From: Nitrospirota bacterium
GTDB taxonomy: Bacteria > Nitrospirota > UBA9217
Length of the DNA stretch: 64,000 bases
Direction: 5' to 3'
Assembly (NCBI GenBank): GCA_963749655.1
Contig: CAVVOB010000022.1
Location: 32,001-96,000, forward strand
The translations under genes were made by a program, and so were the position numbers. The notes below the pieces were generated by a model. That model did no database searches and was not told the origin of the DNA. It was given only the letters and a program-made list of their open reading frames with translations. Below are positions 1-10,239 of the stretch, one piece after another; positions within the stretch are counted from its first letter, which is position 1, and the number at the start of each line of letters is the position of its first letter.

Positions 1-227
1 GGACATCAAGTTCTCCGCCGAAGAAGGAAGCCGACCGCTGCATGTCCTGCGGCTCCTGCCGCGACTGCGGCATGTGCGAACAGTCGTGCTACTACGGCGC
101 CATCACGCGGAAGAAGCTTCCGAACAAGTCCTTCGAGTACGTGGTGGATGAATCGAAGTGCATCGGCTGCGGCTTCTGCGCGGGCATCTGCCCCTGCGGC
201 GTGTGGGAGATGGTGGAGAACGTGTAG
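1..227 (+). CDS. C-terminal 2x[4Fe-4S] domain of an FAD-dependent oxidoreductase, probably glutamate-synthase-associated (5' partial)
   Basis: RCMSCGSCRDCGMC and CIGCGFCAGICPCG ferredoxin motifs; TAG stop at 225-227; runs off the window start. Confidence 0.7.
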   Translation, partial: TSSSPPKKEADRCMSCGSCRDCGMCEQSCYYGAITRKKLPNKSFEYVVDESKCIGCGFCAGICPCGVWEMVENV

Positions 228-313
228 AATTCATCAACCGCGACGGGAAATGAATTCGCACGATCGGAATGAAAACGAAGCATTCAGAACATGCGGAAAA
301 ATGATTCTGATCG

Positions 314-563
314 GCCACGAATTTCACGAATTGAATTCTTAGGCCAGGTTTAATTCGTTAATGCTTGTTTCTAATTCGTGTCAATCCGTGTTAATTCGTG
401 GTAAAAACTGTTTTTGATTTAGCGTCTGTAAACTGATTAAAATCAGCCACGAATTTCACGAATTTTCACGAGTTGAATTCTTAAACCAGGTTTAATTCGT
501 TAATGCTTCGTTTCTAATTCGTGCCAATCCGTGTTAATTCGTGGCAAAAGCTGCTTTTGATTT
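314..563. repeat. Tandem duplication (314-420, 446-563) of a ~110 bp palindromic element bounded by GCCACGAATT...AATTCGTGG
   Basis: Two near-identical copies are visible directly, each with inverted CACGAATT/AATTCGTG ends. Confidence 0.9.
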
Positions 564-565
564 AA

Positions 566-595
566 AAGCCCGCCAAAAATCCGGCGGGCTTCTTT
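566..595 (+). terminator. Rho-independent terminator
   Basis: AAGCCCGCC...GGCGGGCTT stem followed by CTTT. Confidence 0.7.
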
Positions 596-704
596 ATTCC
601 TCCCTTTACATCTCTCCAAATCTGTTGTACTGTTTCCTTAAAGTAAAATAGATAATGGCCGGCATATGCCGGACCGGATTTGTTATGATATAAGGAGAGA
701 CCAT

Positions 705-1043
705 ATGTCGGATTTTTTCGGGAAAATGAAAATCAAGGCCATCCTTATTGCAGTCGTTGCTTGTATCCTGACGATCCTGTACAGCTACTTCGTCGCGGAC
801 ACGGTGCAGACGAGGATCACCGACGCCCAGATGACGAAGGTCGACGGGAGATTCATGATCGCCACCGAGTATCGTCCCTTCGTCAATGAAGACGCCCGGT
901 ACCGGTTCAAGTTCGATTCCGGCACGGTCCAGAATGAGGCGATCCGGCTGAAGGGCAAGGAAGTCAGGATCAAGAAATACGGTTGGAGAATACCGATTTT
1001 GTCGATGTATGAGAACGTGGTGAAGATCGAAGAAGCAAAGTAG
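705..1043 (+). CDS. DUF1523-like membrane-anchored protein
   Basis: AAGGAG RBS, N-terminal TM helix, C-terminal YGWRIPILSMYEN motif. Confidence 0.7.
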   Translation: MSDFFGKMKIKAILIAVVACILTILYSYFVADTVQTRITDAQMTKVDGRFMIATEYRPFVNEDARYRFKFDSGTVQNEAIRLKGKEVRIKKYGWRIPILSMYENVVKIEEAK

Positions 1044-1132
1044 CAAAGCCAGGGAGCCCGTGGTCCGAAAAAAGTCACGTCTCTTCCTTTAATCTGAAAG
1101 TCGTCGCGGCTCACTCCGCCCTCCCCGTTGTC

Positions 1133-1161
1133 TTGACTCCTGCGGCATGATGAAGTACAAT
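1133..1161 (+). promoter_or_regulatory. sigma70-like promoter
   Basis: TTGACT-17bp-TACAAT upstream of the HD gene. Confidence 0.5.
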
Positions 1162-1189
1162 CACGCATTCTCGGGGACGTATTTTTTAC

Positions 1190-1984
1190 ATGGATCATAA
1201 CGAACTTCTTGCGCTCAAGCAGTGGTTTGACGACTACTGCAGCTCCTTTTCGACGCCTGTCGAGGAAGACCAGCGAAATTTCGCGATCAAGCAGTATCAT
1301 ACGCGGCAGGTCTGCCTGAACGCCCTGCGAATCGCCGGCGATTTGGGGCTCGGTGCGAACGAAACGCTTCTTGCCGAGGCGATCGCCCTGTTCCACGACG
1401 TGGGGAGGTTCCCGCAATACCGCCGGTTCAAGACGTTCGACGACGGCATCTCGGTTAATCACGCAGCGATCGGAGCAAAGGTCCTCCTGGACGAAAACGT
1501 ACTCCACCGGCTGCCGGACCAGGAGCGCACCATCATACTTCGGGCCGTCACCCTTCACAACGTCTTCATGCTTCCCCCGGATCTCGACCAGGCAACCCTC
1601 CTGCTTTCCCGGCTGATCCGCGACGCCGACAAACTCGATATCCTGCGGGTGGTCATTGAGTATTTTTATCAGGACGAGCATTCCCGGGCCGAGGCGGTGG
1701 CATTGGGGCTGAAGGACACGACGGGATATTCAGAAAAGGTCCTGGCCTCGCTGAAACGGGGCGAAATGGCCCGCAAGTCGGATCTGACGAACCTGAACGA
1801 TTTCAAGCTGCTGCAGCTTGCGTGGCTGTATGACCTCAATTTTTCCGGCTCGCTGCGGATTGCCCTGGAACGGGATTATATCGATGAACTCGTGCGCCTG
1901 CTGCCCGCCACGGACGCCGTCAGGGAAGCGGCGGACCTCGTCCGGTCCTTTGTCTCCAAGAAGCTGCGCGCCGTGGAAGTGTGA
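1190..1984 (+). CDS. HD-domain phosphohydrolase
   Basis: HT...LFHDVGR...NH...H...RDADKLD HD motifs. Confidence 0.85.
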   Translation: MDHNELLALKQWFDDYCSSFSTPVEEDQRNFAIKQYHTRQVCLNALRIAGDLGLGANETLLAEAIALFHDVGRFPQYRRFKTFDDGISVNHAAIGAKVLLDENVLHRLPDQERTIILRAVTLHNVFMLPPDLDQATLLLSRLIRDADKLDILRVVIEYFYQDEHSRAEAVALGLKDTTGYSEKVLASLKRGEMARKSDLTNLNDFKLLQLAWLYDLNFSGSLRIALERDYIDELVRLLPATDAVREAADLVRSFVSKKLRAVEV

Positions 1985-2123
1985 GGCGGAGTCCGAACCA
2001 GTCTAAGAATTGGCTTTACTCCGTGCGGTCTTATTTGGTATGATAACGGTTATCCGCATTCCAACCGGGTGGAACCTCTTCACGAGGCGTATCCCGGAAT
2101 GATGCATTTTGGTGAGGAGTTTC

Positions 2124-3425
2124 ATGAGAAACAATATCGTTTCACTCGGGGCTGAAGAACTCAAGTATGAGATCCGCGAGATCGTCGCCGTGGCCAAGGA
2201 ATTCGCGGGCCTGGGCCTTGAGATCAACTGGGAGAACATAGGCGATCCGGTCCAGAAAGGTGAGAAGGTCCCGGAATGGATCAAGGAAATCATCATTGCG
2301 ACCATGAAGGAGGATATGACCTACGCATACTCGCCTACCAAAGGCCTGGATGCGACGAGGGAATATCTGGCCCGGAAAACCAACGGACACCGGGAGGTCA
2401 AGATCACCAAAGAGGACATTATCTTCTTCAACGGTCTGGGCGACGCCATCAGCAAGGTCTACGGCCAGCTGCGGAAGGAATACCGCGTCATCGGTCCCAG
2501 CCCGGCTTACAGCACCCATTCATCGGCCGAGGCGTCCCATGCCGGGTCGGAATACGTTTCCTACCGCCTCGACCCGAACAATTTGTGGTACCCCGATCTG
2601 ACCGATCTACGGATGAAGGTGAAGTACAATCCTTCCATCTCGGGCATCCTGGTCATCAATCCCGACAACCCCACCGGCGCGGTGTACCCGAGGGAGATCC
2701 TGCAGGAGATCACGGCCATTGCGAAGGAGTACGATCTGTTCGTGGTCTGCGACGAGATCTATATCAATCTGACGTACAACGGCAGGAAGGCAGTCCCCCT
2801 GGCCGACGTGATCAACGGTGTGTGCGGCATATCGATGAAGGGGATCTCCAAGGAGCTGCCCTGGCCGGGCGCGCGCTGCGGCTGGATCGAAGTTTACAAC
2901 GCGGACAAGGACCCCATTTTTGCGAAGTACATCAAGAGCATCGTCGACGACAAGATGCTGGAGGTCTGCTCCACGACGCTTCCCCAGAAGGTGATTCCGG
3001 CCATCATGGACGATGCGCGGTACGAGAGCCACATCGCCCATCGCAACGCAGTGTACGAGAAGAGGTCGCGCATTGCCTACGATCAGTTGAAAGACATCGC
3101 GGGAGTCATCGTGAACCGGACAAACGGCGCATTCTATATGACCGTCATGTTCAAGGAAGGCGCGCTGACCGCGAACCAGAAGCTCGAGGTGACGAACTCC
3201 GCGGCTCGGGAGAGGGTCGAACAGCTTGTTAAAAATGTAGCGCTCGACAAGCGGTTCGTCTACTACCTGTTGGCCGCGACCGGCATCTGCGTCGTGCCGC
3301 TGACGGGATTCAACTGCGACCTGCAGGGGTTCCGCGTCACGCTCCTTGAATCGGACGACGCCAAGTTTGCGTGGATCTTCAAGACCCTGCGCGATAAGAT
3401 AGAAGAATATCTCCGGAGCGCCTGA
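2124..3425 (+). CDS. PLP-dependent class I/II aminotransferase (alanine/aspartate type)
   Basis: NIGDP, NPDNPTG, DEIY and SKELPWPGARCGW motifs; GAGGAG RBS. Confidence 0.9.
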   Translation: MRNNIVSLGAEELKYEIREIVAVAKEFAGLGLEINWENIGDPVQKGEKVPEWIKEIIIATMKEDMTYAYSPTKGLDATREYLARKTNGHREVKITKEDIIFFNGLGDAISKVYGQLRKEYRVIGPSPAYSTHSSAEASHAGSEYVSYRLDPNNLWYPDLTDLRMKVKYNPSISGILVINPDNPTGAVYPREILQEITAIAKEYDLFVVCDEIYINLTYNGRKAVPLADVINGVCGISMKGISKELPWPGARCGWIEVYNADKDPIFAKYIKSIVDDKMLEVCSTTLPQKVIPAIMDDARYESHIAHRNAVYEKRSRIAYDQLKDIAGVIVNRTNGAFYMTVMFKEGALTANQKLEVTNSAARERVEQLVKNVALDKRFVYYLLAATGICVVPLTGFNCDLQGFRVTLLESDDAKFAWIFKTLRDKIEEYLRSA

Positions 3426-3469
3426 GAACGCCGGCGGAAGCAAACCGTATGTACAAAGAAATTTCGAAG

Positions 3470-3500
3470 AAGGCCGTCCCCGAGCAGGATGGCCTTTTTT
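3470..3500 (+). terminator. Rho-independent terminator
   Basis: AGGCCGTCC/GGATGGCCT stem plus T tract. Confidence 0.8.
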
Positions 3501-3586
3501 ATTGAGAAGCGCCGGCTCCGACGTCATGGTTCCTGTCGAATATTTCCGCAGCGTTCCTGCGCCGGCTCGCCTTCAAGGCATCGCTC

Positions 3587-3615
3587 TTGACAAGAAACAG
3601 GTGAAATGCTAGAGT
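3587..3615 (+). promoter_or_regulatory. sigma70 promoter for the riboswitch-led operon
   Basis: TTGACA-17bp-TAGAGT with an extended -10 TG. Confidence 0.7.
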
Positions 3616-3649
3616 AACATCCATCGATTTCCATACCACACGAGTATTC

Positions 3650-3783
3650 CTTTGCTCAGAGCAAACTCCGGGAAACCGGAGGACGCAGAGCCACGAAGCT
3701 ACGTAAGACAACCCGGACTTCCCGGAAACCACACTGCCGGCGCAAAGTCTTTGTCGTTTTATACGCTAGTCGAGCCGCCAAAG
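3650..3783 (+). ncRNA. GEMM-I (c-di-GMP-I family) riboswitch aptamer, A20 variant (putative 3',3'-cGAMP sensor)
   Basis: P1 CTTTG/CAAAG; GAGCAAAC; P2 CTCCGG-GAAA-CCGGAG with GNRA loop; GACGCAGAGCCACG junction; 3' TAGTCGAGCCGCC; A at 3660 in the G20 position. Confidence 0.8.
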
Positions 3784-3822
3784 AACCGGCAGTGATCTGT
3801 TGACTTTGGCGGCATTTTTTTT
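3774..3822 (+). terminator. Riboswitch expression-platform terminator
   Basis: GCCGCCAAAG/CTTTGGCGGC 10 bp stem plus A(T)8; overlaps the 3' strand of P1. Confidence 0.85.
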
Positions 3823-3885
3823 GCGCTGACGCCCTGCCGTGCAGTCCGAGTCCACAGCAACCATTCTATCCTTCAGGAGGAAACC

Positions 3886-4344
3886 ATGACCTACTCGAAA
3901 AATATTCTGCTTCCCGTTCTGGCGCTTCTGGCGCTCGCGCTGGGCGCCTGTTCGCCGAAGATATACGGAACGGTCCAGCTCGTCGATGCGAACATGCAGC
4001 CGATCCCCCCTGCCGCGGATAATCCCCAGGGCACGGTGGTGAATATGATCAACACGAGCGTCGCGATCGAGAAAGCCTCCCAGTCCGTGTCGGTGAATGC
4101 CGAAGGCAAATACGAGTCCCTGAAGGATCAGGTGACGCCGGGTATCTACAAAGTGGAGGCGAGCAGGATCGGATACCTCACCGAGACCCTTTCCGTCGAG
4201 GTCACACGATTCGGCGGGAAAAAGGCGGACTTCAAGCTCAAGAAGATCCAGGAAGGGAAACGTAAGAGCATTGAAGGGTCCACCACCGATGAGAACAAGA
4301 TCGTGAACCCCGGCGAAGTCAACATCCAGCCGCCGACGATGTAG
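3886..4344 (+). CDS. Lipoprotein with carboxypeptidase-regulatory-like (Ig-like) domain
   Basis: AGGAGG RBS, lipobox LGAC, PGIYKVEASRIGY motif. Confidence 0.8.
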   Translation: MTYSKNILLPVLALLALALGACSPKIYGTVQLVDANMQPIPPAADNPQGTVVNMINTSVAIEKASQSVSVNAEGKYESLKDQVTPGIYKVEASRIGYLTETLSVEVTRFGGKKADFKLKKIQEGKRKSIEGSTTDENKIVNPGEVNIQPPTM

Positions 4345-4450
4345 GCCTTTTCAAGGCATCGCCCGGAATCCGCAAGAACCCGGTTCGTTCTTGCGGGGAA
4401 ACGGTTCCATGCAATACTATGGTTGCGTTTAACGACCAGGAGGCAGAGAT

Positions 4451-7026
4451 ATGATGAAGCGCATGATCCAGACGGCCCTGTTACTTTCGGCATCAATGCT
4501 TCTGTTCGCCTGTGGAGGCGAGAAATTCGAGCTCAAGGTCAAAGCGAATATGAACGGACAGCCTGCGGCCCTGGCAAAGGTTTCCGTGGACGGCCAGGAG
4601 CTGGGGCTCACCGATAACAACGGCGACTTTTCAAAGAATCTTGAAAGAAAGGCCGGTACCGAAGTCGCGATCACCGTGGCCAAGGAGCAGCCGGGCCATC
4701 ATACGAATCCCTGGAAAGGTTCCTTTGTCGTGAAGGCCTCGCGCAACGCTGCCGAGGTGTATTCCTTTACGGCGGATCTTTCCTCGGCCCCCTTTGTGAC
4801 GATCAAGGCTACCTCGAAAAACGAGCCTCTTTCCGATGCCGTAGTCAAGGTCGGGGGAAGGAAGCGGGCCGGACCAACGAGAAGGGCGAACTCCTTTACG
4901 AATACAAAGAAGCACCCGCCAAGGGCTTTGACATCTCCGTGAGCAAGGCCGGTTACGGAACATGGCACAAGACCGCAGCCGTCGAGCCCGGGCAGCAGAT
5001 CGAGGCGGCACTCAACAGACGGGTGACCGTGACGATCAATGCCCTTTCGGATGAATACGGAGAGCAGCGCGGCGTTCCGGGAATCAGTGTGAGCATCAAC
5101 CACACGACGGTCGGCAAGACGGATGCCAAGGGCACATTCGCCTGGACGTCCGACAAGGACCTGGGCAAAAAAGTTCCCATCGCGCTGTCCGCCTCCGGTT
5201 ACCTGCCGGAGAGCTGGCAGGGTTCGATCACCCTGGACGGCGAGGTCAGGGTCCAGCGCTATTTTTATCCCGTCACACCCCGGCCCATCAGGACCGGCAT
5301 CTACCGGTTTGCCGGCAATACGCCCAACGTGGATCTGAGGGACGTCCTTACGCAGACCGAGGATGCGATCGCGGCGCAGCTTTTCAAGAATGTCTGCTTC
5401 AGCAAAGTTCCGTCCCAGACCCTTCAGAGCGATATGAAACGCGCGAAGGTGAGCATCGAAAAGGTCACCACCAAGGGGTGGCGGACGACACCGCTCAAAA
5501 AGACGGTGGACATGATCGTCGTCGGAAGCGTGGCCAAGGACGACAAGGGCTATCTGATCGAAGCGAAGTTTTATGCGCCGGGCGGGACCCAGATCATCAG
5601 CCAGATCGCCCGGGCCAAGAGCGCTTCGGACATTGACGGCGCGGCGAAGGAAATCGTGAACGCGGTGATAGAGCGCTTTCCCTTCGAAGGGACGGTGGTC
5701 GGGACCGAGGAGGAGCGCTATCGCATCAATCTCGGCAAGTCCGGACTACCGGATTATCGAGGGGCACCGACTTCCAGGTCATGACGCCGCGCATGGATGA
5801 TGCCGGCAAGATCACGGCATATCGGGAAGCCGGCAAATTGCGGGTCAGGAAAGCGGAGGACAGCGGCTCCTGGACCGAAGTGGAGGAACTGAAAAAGGAC
5901 GAGAAGATCTCCATCGGAGACCGTGTCGTGCGTCGTGTCTACCGGGAAGGAGAGGAAGAAGGCGCCCGCAACTATTTCATTCTGTCCAGCAAAAGGCGGC
6001 ATTGCCTCCCGATGTGACTCCGCTGTCCGGCGTGAACATCTATGTGAACAACGAGTGGCTCGGCTCGACCGGCCCCGACGGCAAGGCGGAGGTCCCGGCG
6101 CGGATCAACAAGAGCGTCACCCTGCTCCTTGTACCGGCACGGATACCAGCAGGTGACCGAGAAGATCACGATCGAGAAGAACAAGGAAACGAAGGAGTTC
6201 GTCCTGGCAGTGAACAACGCAGTGTTCAGGGTCGATTCGCGTCCGCAGGGGGCTGAAGTTTTCGTGGACGACGAGCAGATCGGCAAGACCCCGCTCCTGG
6301 CCGGCAAGGCCGTGCCCCTGGGATTCCACACGATCAAAGTCACCATCGGCGGGGACTACCGCGACTGGGAAGAGGTCGTGGAGTTCGCCAAGAAAGAAGA
6401 AGACCGCACCGGTGAACGGTCGATCGTCCTTCCGAAGGACTGTCTGAAGATCGGCGAGCGCGCAGAGCAGAAGGGCGACGTCGACGGCGCGATCGCAGCG
6501 TACCAGAGCACCGAGAAGGGGCACCCCGATTATTCCGTGGCCCATCACCGGCTGGCGCAGCTGTATCTGGACGACAAGGCCGACTTTGACGGGGCCATCC
6601 GCGAGTTCGAGAACGTGCTGTCCCTCCCCGAGAACCAGCAGCTGGTGTACAAGCAGTTCTCCGTGGCCTTTATGAACCTCGGCCATGCCTATTACGAGAA
6701 GGGCAGCGCGCTCGTGCAGAAGGACACGCGAGGCGGCGGCGCAGAACTTCGGCAAGGCGATCCAGAACCTTCAGATTGCGAAGCAGAACACGCGGTTCTT
6801 CCCGAACGACCGTTATGACGAGGCGGTGCACGATACGTACTACTACACCGCACTCTCGTATCATAAGCTCTACCAGTTGACCAAAAAAGGCAATATCCTG
6901 AACAGCGCCAACCAGGCGTGGCGGGATTACTTCGACTTCTTCCCGAAAAAGCTCGAGGGGAACAGCACCTTTGAGCAGAGCCGGGAAGCGGCGCAGAAAT
7001 ACTGGGACCAGATCAAGAACCTGTAG
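4451..7026 (+). CDS. Large multidomain lipoprotein (Ig-like repeats, CsgG/TolB_N-like, FlgT_C-like, PEGA, TPR), split by several frameshifts
   Basis: Lipobox LFAC; repeated GxTD/xTxxxG beta motifs; PEGA motif VDSRPQGAEVFVDDEQIGKTP; TPR-like helices; overlapping ORF fragments from 4451 to 7026. Confidence 0.7.
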
Positions 7027-7047
7027 CGCCTGTCGGAGGACGGTATT

Positions 7048-8344
7048 GTGATAGTCGGGAAGGGACGTTCCATACTGGCATGCGCCGCGATCGTCGTTAC
7101 GCTGCAATCTTCAGCAACGGCGGGCGAGGTCCTGTCGGGGCCTGCGGGGACAACCGATTGCCAGTGCAGCGCGGGCGGGACAGTCAACGGGAGCGCCGGT
7201 TTCGGCGCCGTCCGCCACCCTGCAGAGCGTTATGAGCAGCGCCACGGGAACGTGCCCGTGCCCGGAAGAAAAAAAGCCCGCGCCGCTCGAGCCGCTGTCC
7301 CTTCGTCCCCTGGTCCCCATCGAAGCCGGCCGTAACGACTCGAATCCGGTCGTGGTCTCCCCGCGGCACCTTCATCGCCTTTGAGCGGAGCGTCGGGGAT
7401 ACGAAGGAGATCCGCATCGCACTGCCGGACGGCACGCCGGTTCAGACCATTTACTTCCTGCTGTCCGGCGGGCAGCAGGGACATGAAGTTCTTTTTCCCC
7501 GGGGTATCCGAGGAAACCAGCTATAACGCGGGCATCACCTGGTCGCCCGACGAGTACCGGTTCGTGTTCATGAGCAACGGCGGCGAGGGCAACTATGACC
7601 TGTATCTGCAGGACCTCGGCGCGGCAGCGCCGAAGCGGCTGACGGACCATAAGGAAAAGGACGGCCAGGCGCACTGGTCGCCGTTCCGGGGACCGCATCG
7701 TCTTCGTGTCGGGCAGGTCGGGCAACGGCGATGTGTACAGTCATGGACCTCGCGACGCGCGCCCTCACGCGCCTGACGCGGGGAGGCAAGGCATAGCTCT
7801 ATCCCCGGTGGTCGCCGGACGGCGAAGAAGATGGCCGTGATGCACGGCAGCAACGAGAACCATGATATCGTTCTGATCAATGACGCGGCCAGGCCGGCGG
7901 AGTCGCAGAGAGCGCTTACGACGTGGACCTCGGACGATCTGAGGCCTGTCTGGTCGCCGGACGGAAGGAAGATCGCCTTTTATTCCAATTATAATGCCGC
8001 AGGTGATCCCCGGGCCTGGTCGCTTGCGGTGATTGCCGCAGACGGTTCGGATCCCGCGGAGGGAGACGGGCTTGCCGCATGCGTCGTGGCGACGGACATC
8101 ATCCCCGATGTGGAGGCGGGTCCTGCGTGGATGCCCGACAGCAACCGGATCGTTTTCGTCAAGAACGACCGGCAGGAGTACAATCCGCTCTATGTTGCCG
8201 ATGTCGGTCCGGAAGACGGCCATTCCGATCAGGACGGACACGAAGATGAACCACGATGTCGCCGGTTCGGCCGACGGGACGATCGCGTTCCGCGCCCAGG
8301 TCAATCAGTGGGACCAGATCTATATCATGAAGCTGAAGGAGTGA
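7048..8344 (+). CDS. TolB-like beta-propeller (PD40 repeats) protein, frameshifted
   Basis: Repeated WSPRG/WSPDE/PRWSPDG/PVWSPDGRKIAF/PAWMPDS motifs across frames; signal-peptide-like N-terminus. Confidence 0.8.
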
Positions 8345-8349
8345 TTTAA

Positions 8350-8379
8350 GTGCGGAATGCGGAATGCGGAATGCGGATT
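8350..8379 (+). repeat. (GCGGAAT)n heptamer array
   Basis: gtgcggaatgcggaatgcggaatgcggatt. Confidence 0.9.
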
Positions 8380-9880
8380 GGGAAAATCGTTATCACGGGC
8401 ATTGTTGTCGGTTTCAGCGTCTGTTCATCATGCCCTGACGACGGGGACCGGCTTCCTGCTGCCGGATGATCGCCGTTGCCAAGGCGATGAAGCTCTATGA
8501 AAAGCGGCATTACGACGAAGCTGCCGGCGTGCTTCGCTCCGGCGCCGTCGATCCGTCCCGGCAGGGCGCGGCGAACCTTGCGCTCGGCATGGTCTATTTC
8601 AAGAATGCGGTGCTGCACCGCGAACTGTACCGGACCTCGGAACTGGTGTTCCAGGACTATCTGAAAAAGCTGTCCGCTGCCCAGGGCAGGGACCGGAGCC
8701 GCTTCGTCGATCTGTACTTCGGCGAGACCCTGCTCGAAGCGGGCAAGCCCGACGTGGCCGCGATCTATCTCGAAAAGTTCGCCAACACGGCGGGAATCGA
8801 TCAGAAATACCAGGCGATCGCGAACGTCAGTCTCGGCCTCAGCTACTACCGGAGCAAGGAAAGCCAGAAGGCCGCGGACCTGTGGGCGGCCATCGATGCC
8901 ACGGACCCCGAGGTGAAGGCCGAGCTGGCGGCGGCCTACAGCAAGGCGGGCATCACGGACAAGAACGCCGAGGCGCTCATCGACGAGGCCCTGGGTGCAG
9001 CGAAAAAATCGGGCAAGCCGGTCACGGTACGGATGGTGAAGAACATGCTGGCCGTCTATGTCCGGGCCGGACAGACCGAGAAAGGCCTGGACCTGCTCAA
9101 GCGCGCGGACCTGAAGGCGTTTTCGTACCGGGAGACGCTGGGAAAGTCCAAGGTCATCAATTTCTACGACTTGTCCCTGCTGGGCGACATGGCCGACATC
9201 TACGGACGAGCGGCAATAACGTACCTCGATAAGGCCGCAGCGGACGGGAAGACGAAGAGCATCGCCGAATTCTATCTCGCTCAGGCCCAGGCGCTGTTCG
9301 GCTCCCTCGATCAGTCCTCGAAGGTCGCCGCTTCGTTCATGGCGACAGCGCAGCTGCCGCAGCAGTACAAGGACCTTATGCAGGTGTGGCAGACCGCCAA
9401 CGTATACCAGCGAAGCCGCAAGGCAGAGGCAACCGCCCTCTGGAATGAGTTTTCCCAGAAGCAGGCCGCGGATCCGGACGTGCTCGCCGAGATTTTGTTC
9501 ACCTGCGGCAGGCTGAAGATCGATTGTCCGAAGGTCGTTCAAAAGGCCTCGATTGCGGCCGAAGCCGGGGAAGGGAAAAAGTTCGCGAACCTGAACATCG
9601 CCGTCGGAACCTACTATCTCGGCCGTCTGGACACTGCAAGGGCGTCGCCTACCTGGAGGCCGGCCGCGACAAGGGCAACAAGAACAAGATCGAGTCGAAT
9701 GATCCGGTGATGCTCGTGAGCCTTGCCGATGCCTACTTCCGGACCAAGAAATTTTCCGAAGCCCTTGAGATCTATTTCGAGATGAGCAAACAGTTCCCCG
9801 AGGTGCGCCAGATCCAGGACGCCCTGCAGGGGGTCTATGCCATGGAGCACAAAAGCGCGGGAGACGTGAAGATCAATTAA
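8371..9880 (+). CDS. Secreted TPR-repeat protein, frameshifted
   Basis: Signal-like MRIGKIVITGIVV; helical TPR-like ORFs 8466-9710 and 9524-9880. Confidence 0.7.
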
Positions 9881-9886
9881 GGTAAT

Positions 9887-10038
9887 CCGCGCCTTGGCAT
9901 CCCCCGGCTCCTGCGGGGGTGGAAAGCGCTCACTCGCGCGTGACACAAACGTGTCACGCTCCGCGAGTGAGCAGTTCCGGGAGGTCGCGTCAGTTTTAGT
10001 CCCGACAGATCGGGATGCCGGAGGGGGCTCCACTGCGG
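9887..10038. repeat. REP-like palindromic element, copy 1
   Basis: Shares 5' and 3' segments with 23851-24044; internal hairpin GCGTGACAC/GTGTCACGC. Confidence 0.85.
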
Positions 10039-10223
10039 AATTCAGAATGTGGAATGAGAAGGAAAATATCCATGGTGTGCGAGCCGGGAGTGAAACGGCA
10101 TGCCGGACTGCGCAACGGAAGAAGACGATTTGATTCGATCGAAATAAAAAGTACAGCGGTGTCGGAGACAAAAAGTGCGACCTTGGTCTTTATTCCGCAT
10201 TCCGCATTCCGAATTCCGAAATT
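10035..10223. repeat. Inverted pair of GCGGAAT-type arrays enclosing ~130 bp
   Basis: gcggaattcagaatgtggaatg ... attccgcattccgcattccgaattccgaaatt. Confidence 0.75.
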
Positions 10224-10239
10224 CGTTGAGGAGGACACT

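Noticed and set aside
1-227. Possible dsrL 3' end
   Set aside because: The Cys spacing and GFCAGICPCGVW tail look more like glutamate-synthase-associated flavoproteins, and too little sequence is present to call DsrL.
314-563. CRISPR array
   Set aside because: Only two long near-identical units, no unique spacers and no cas genes.
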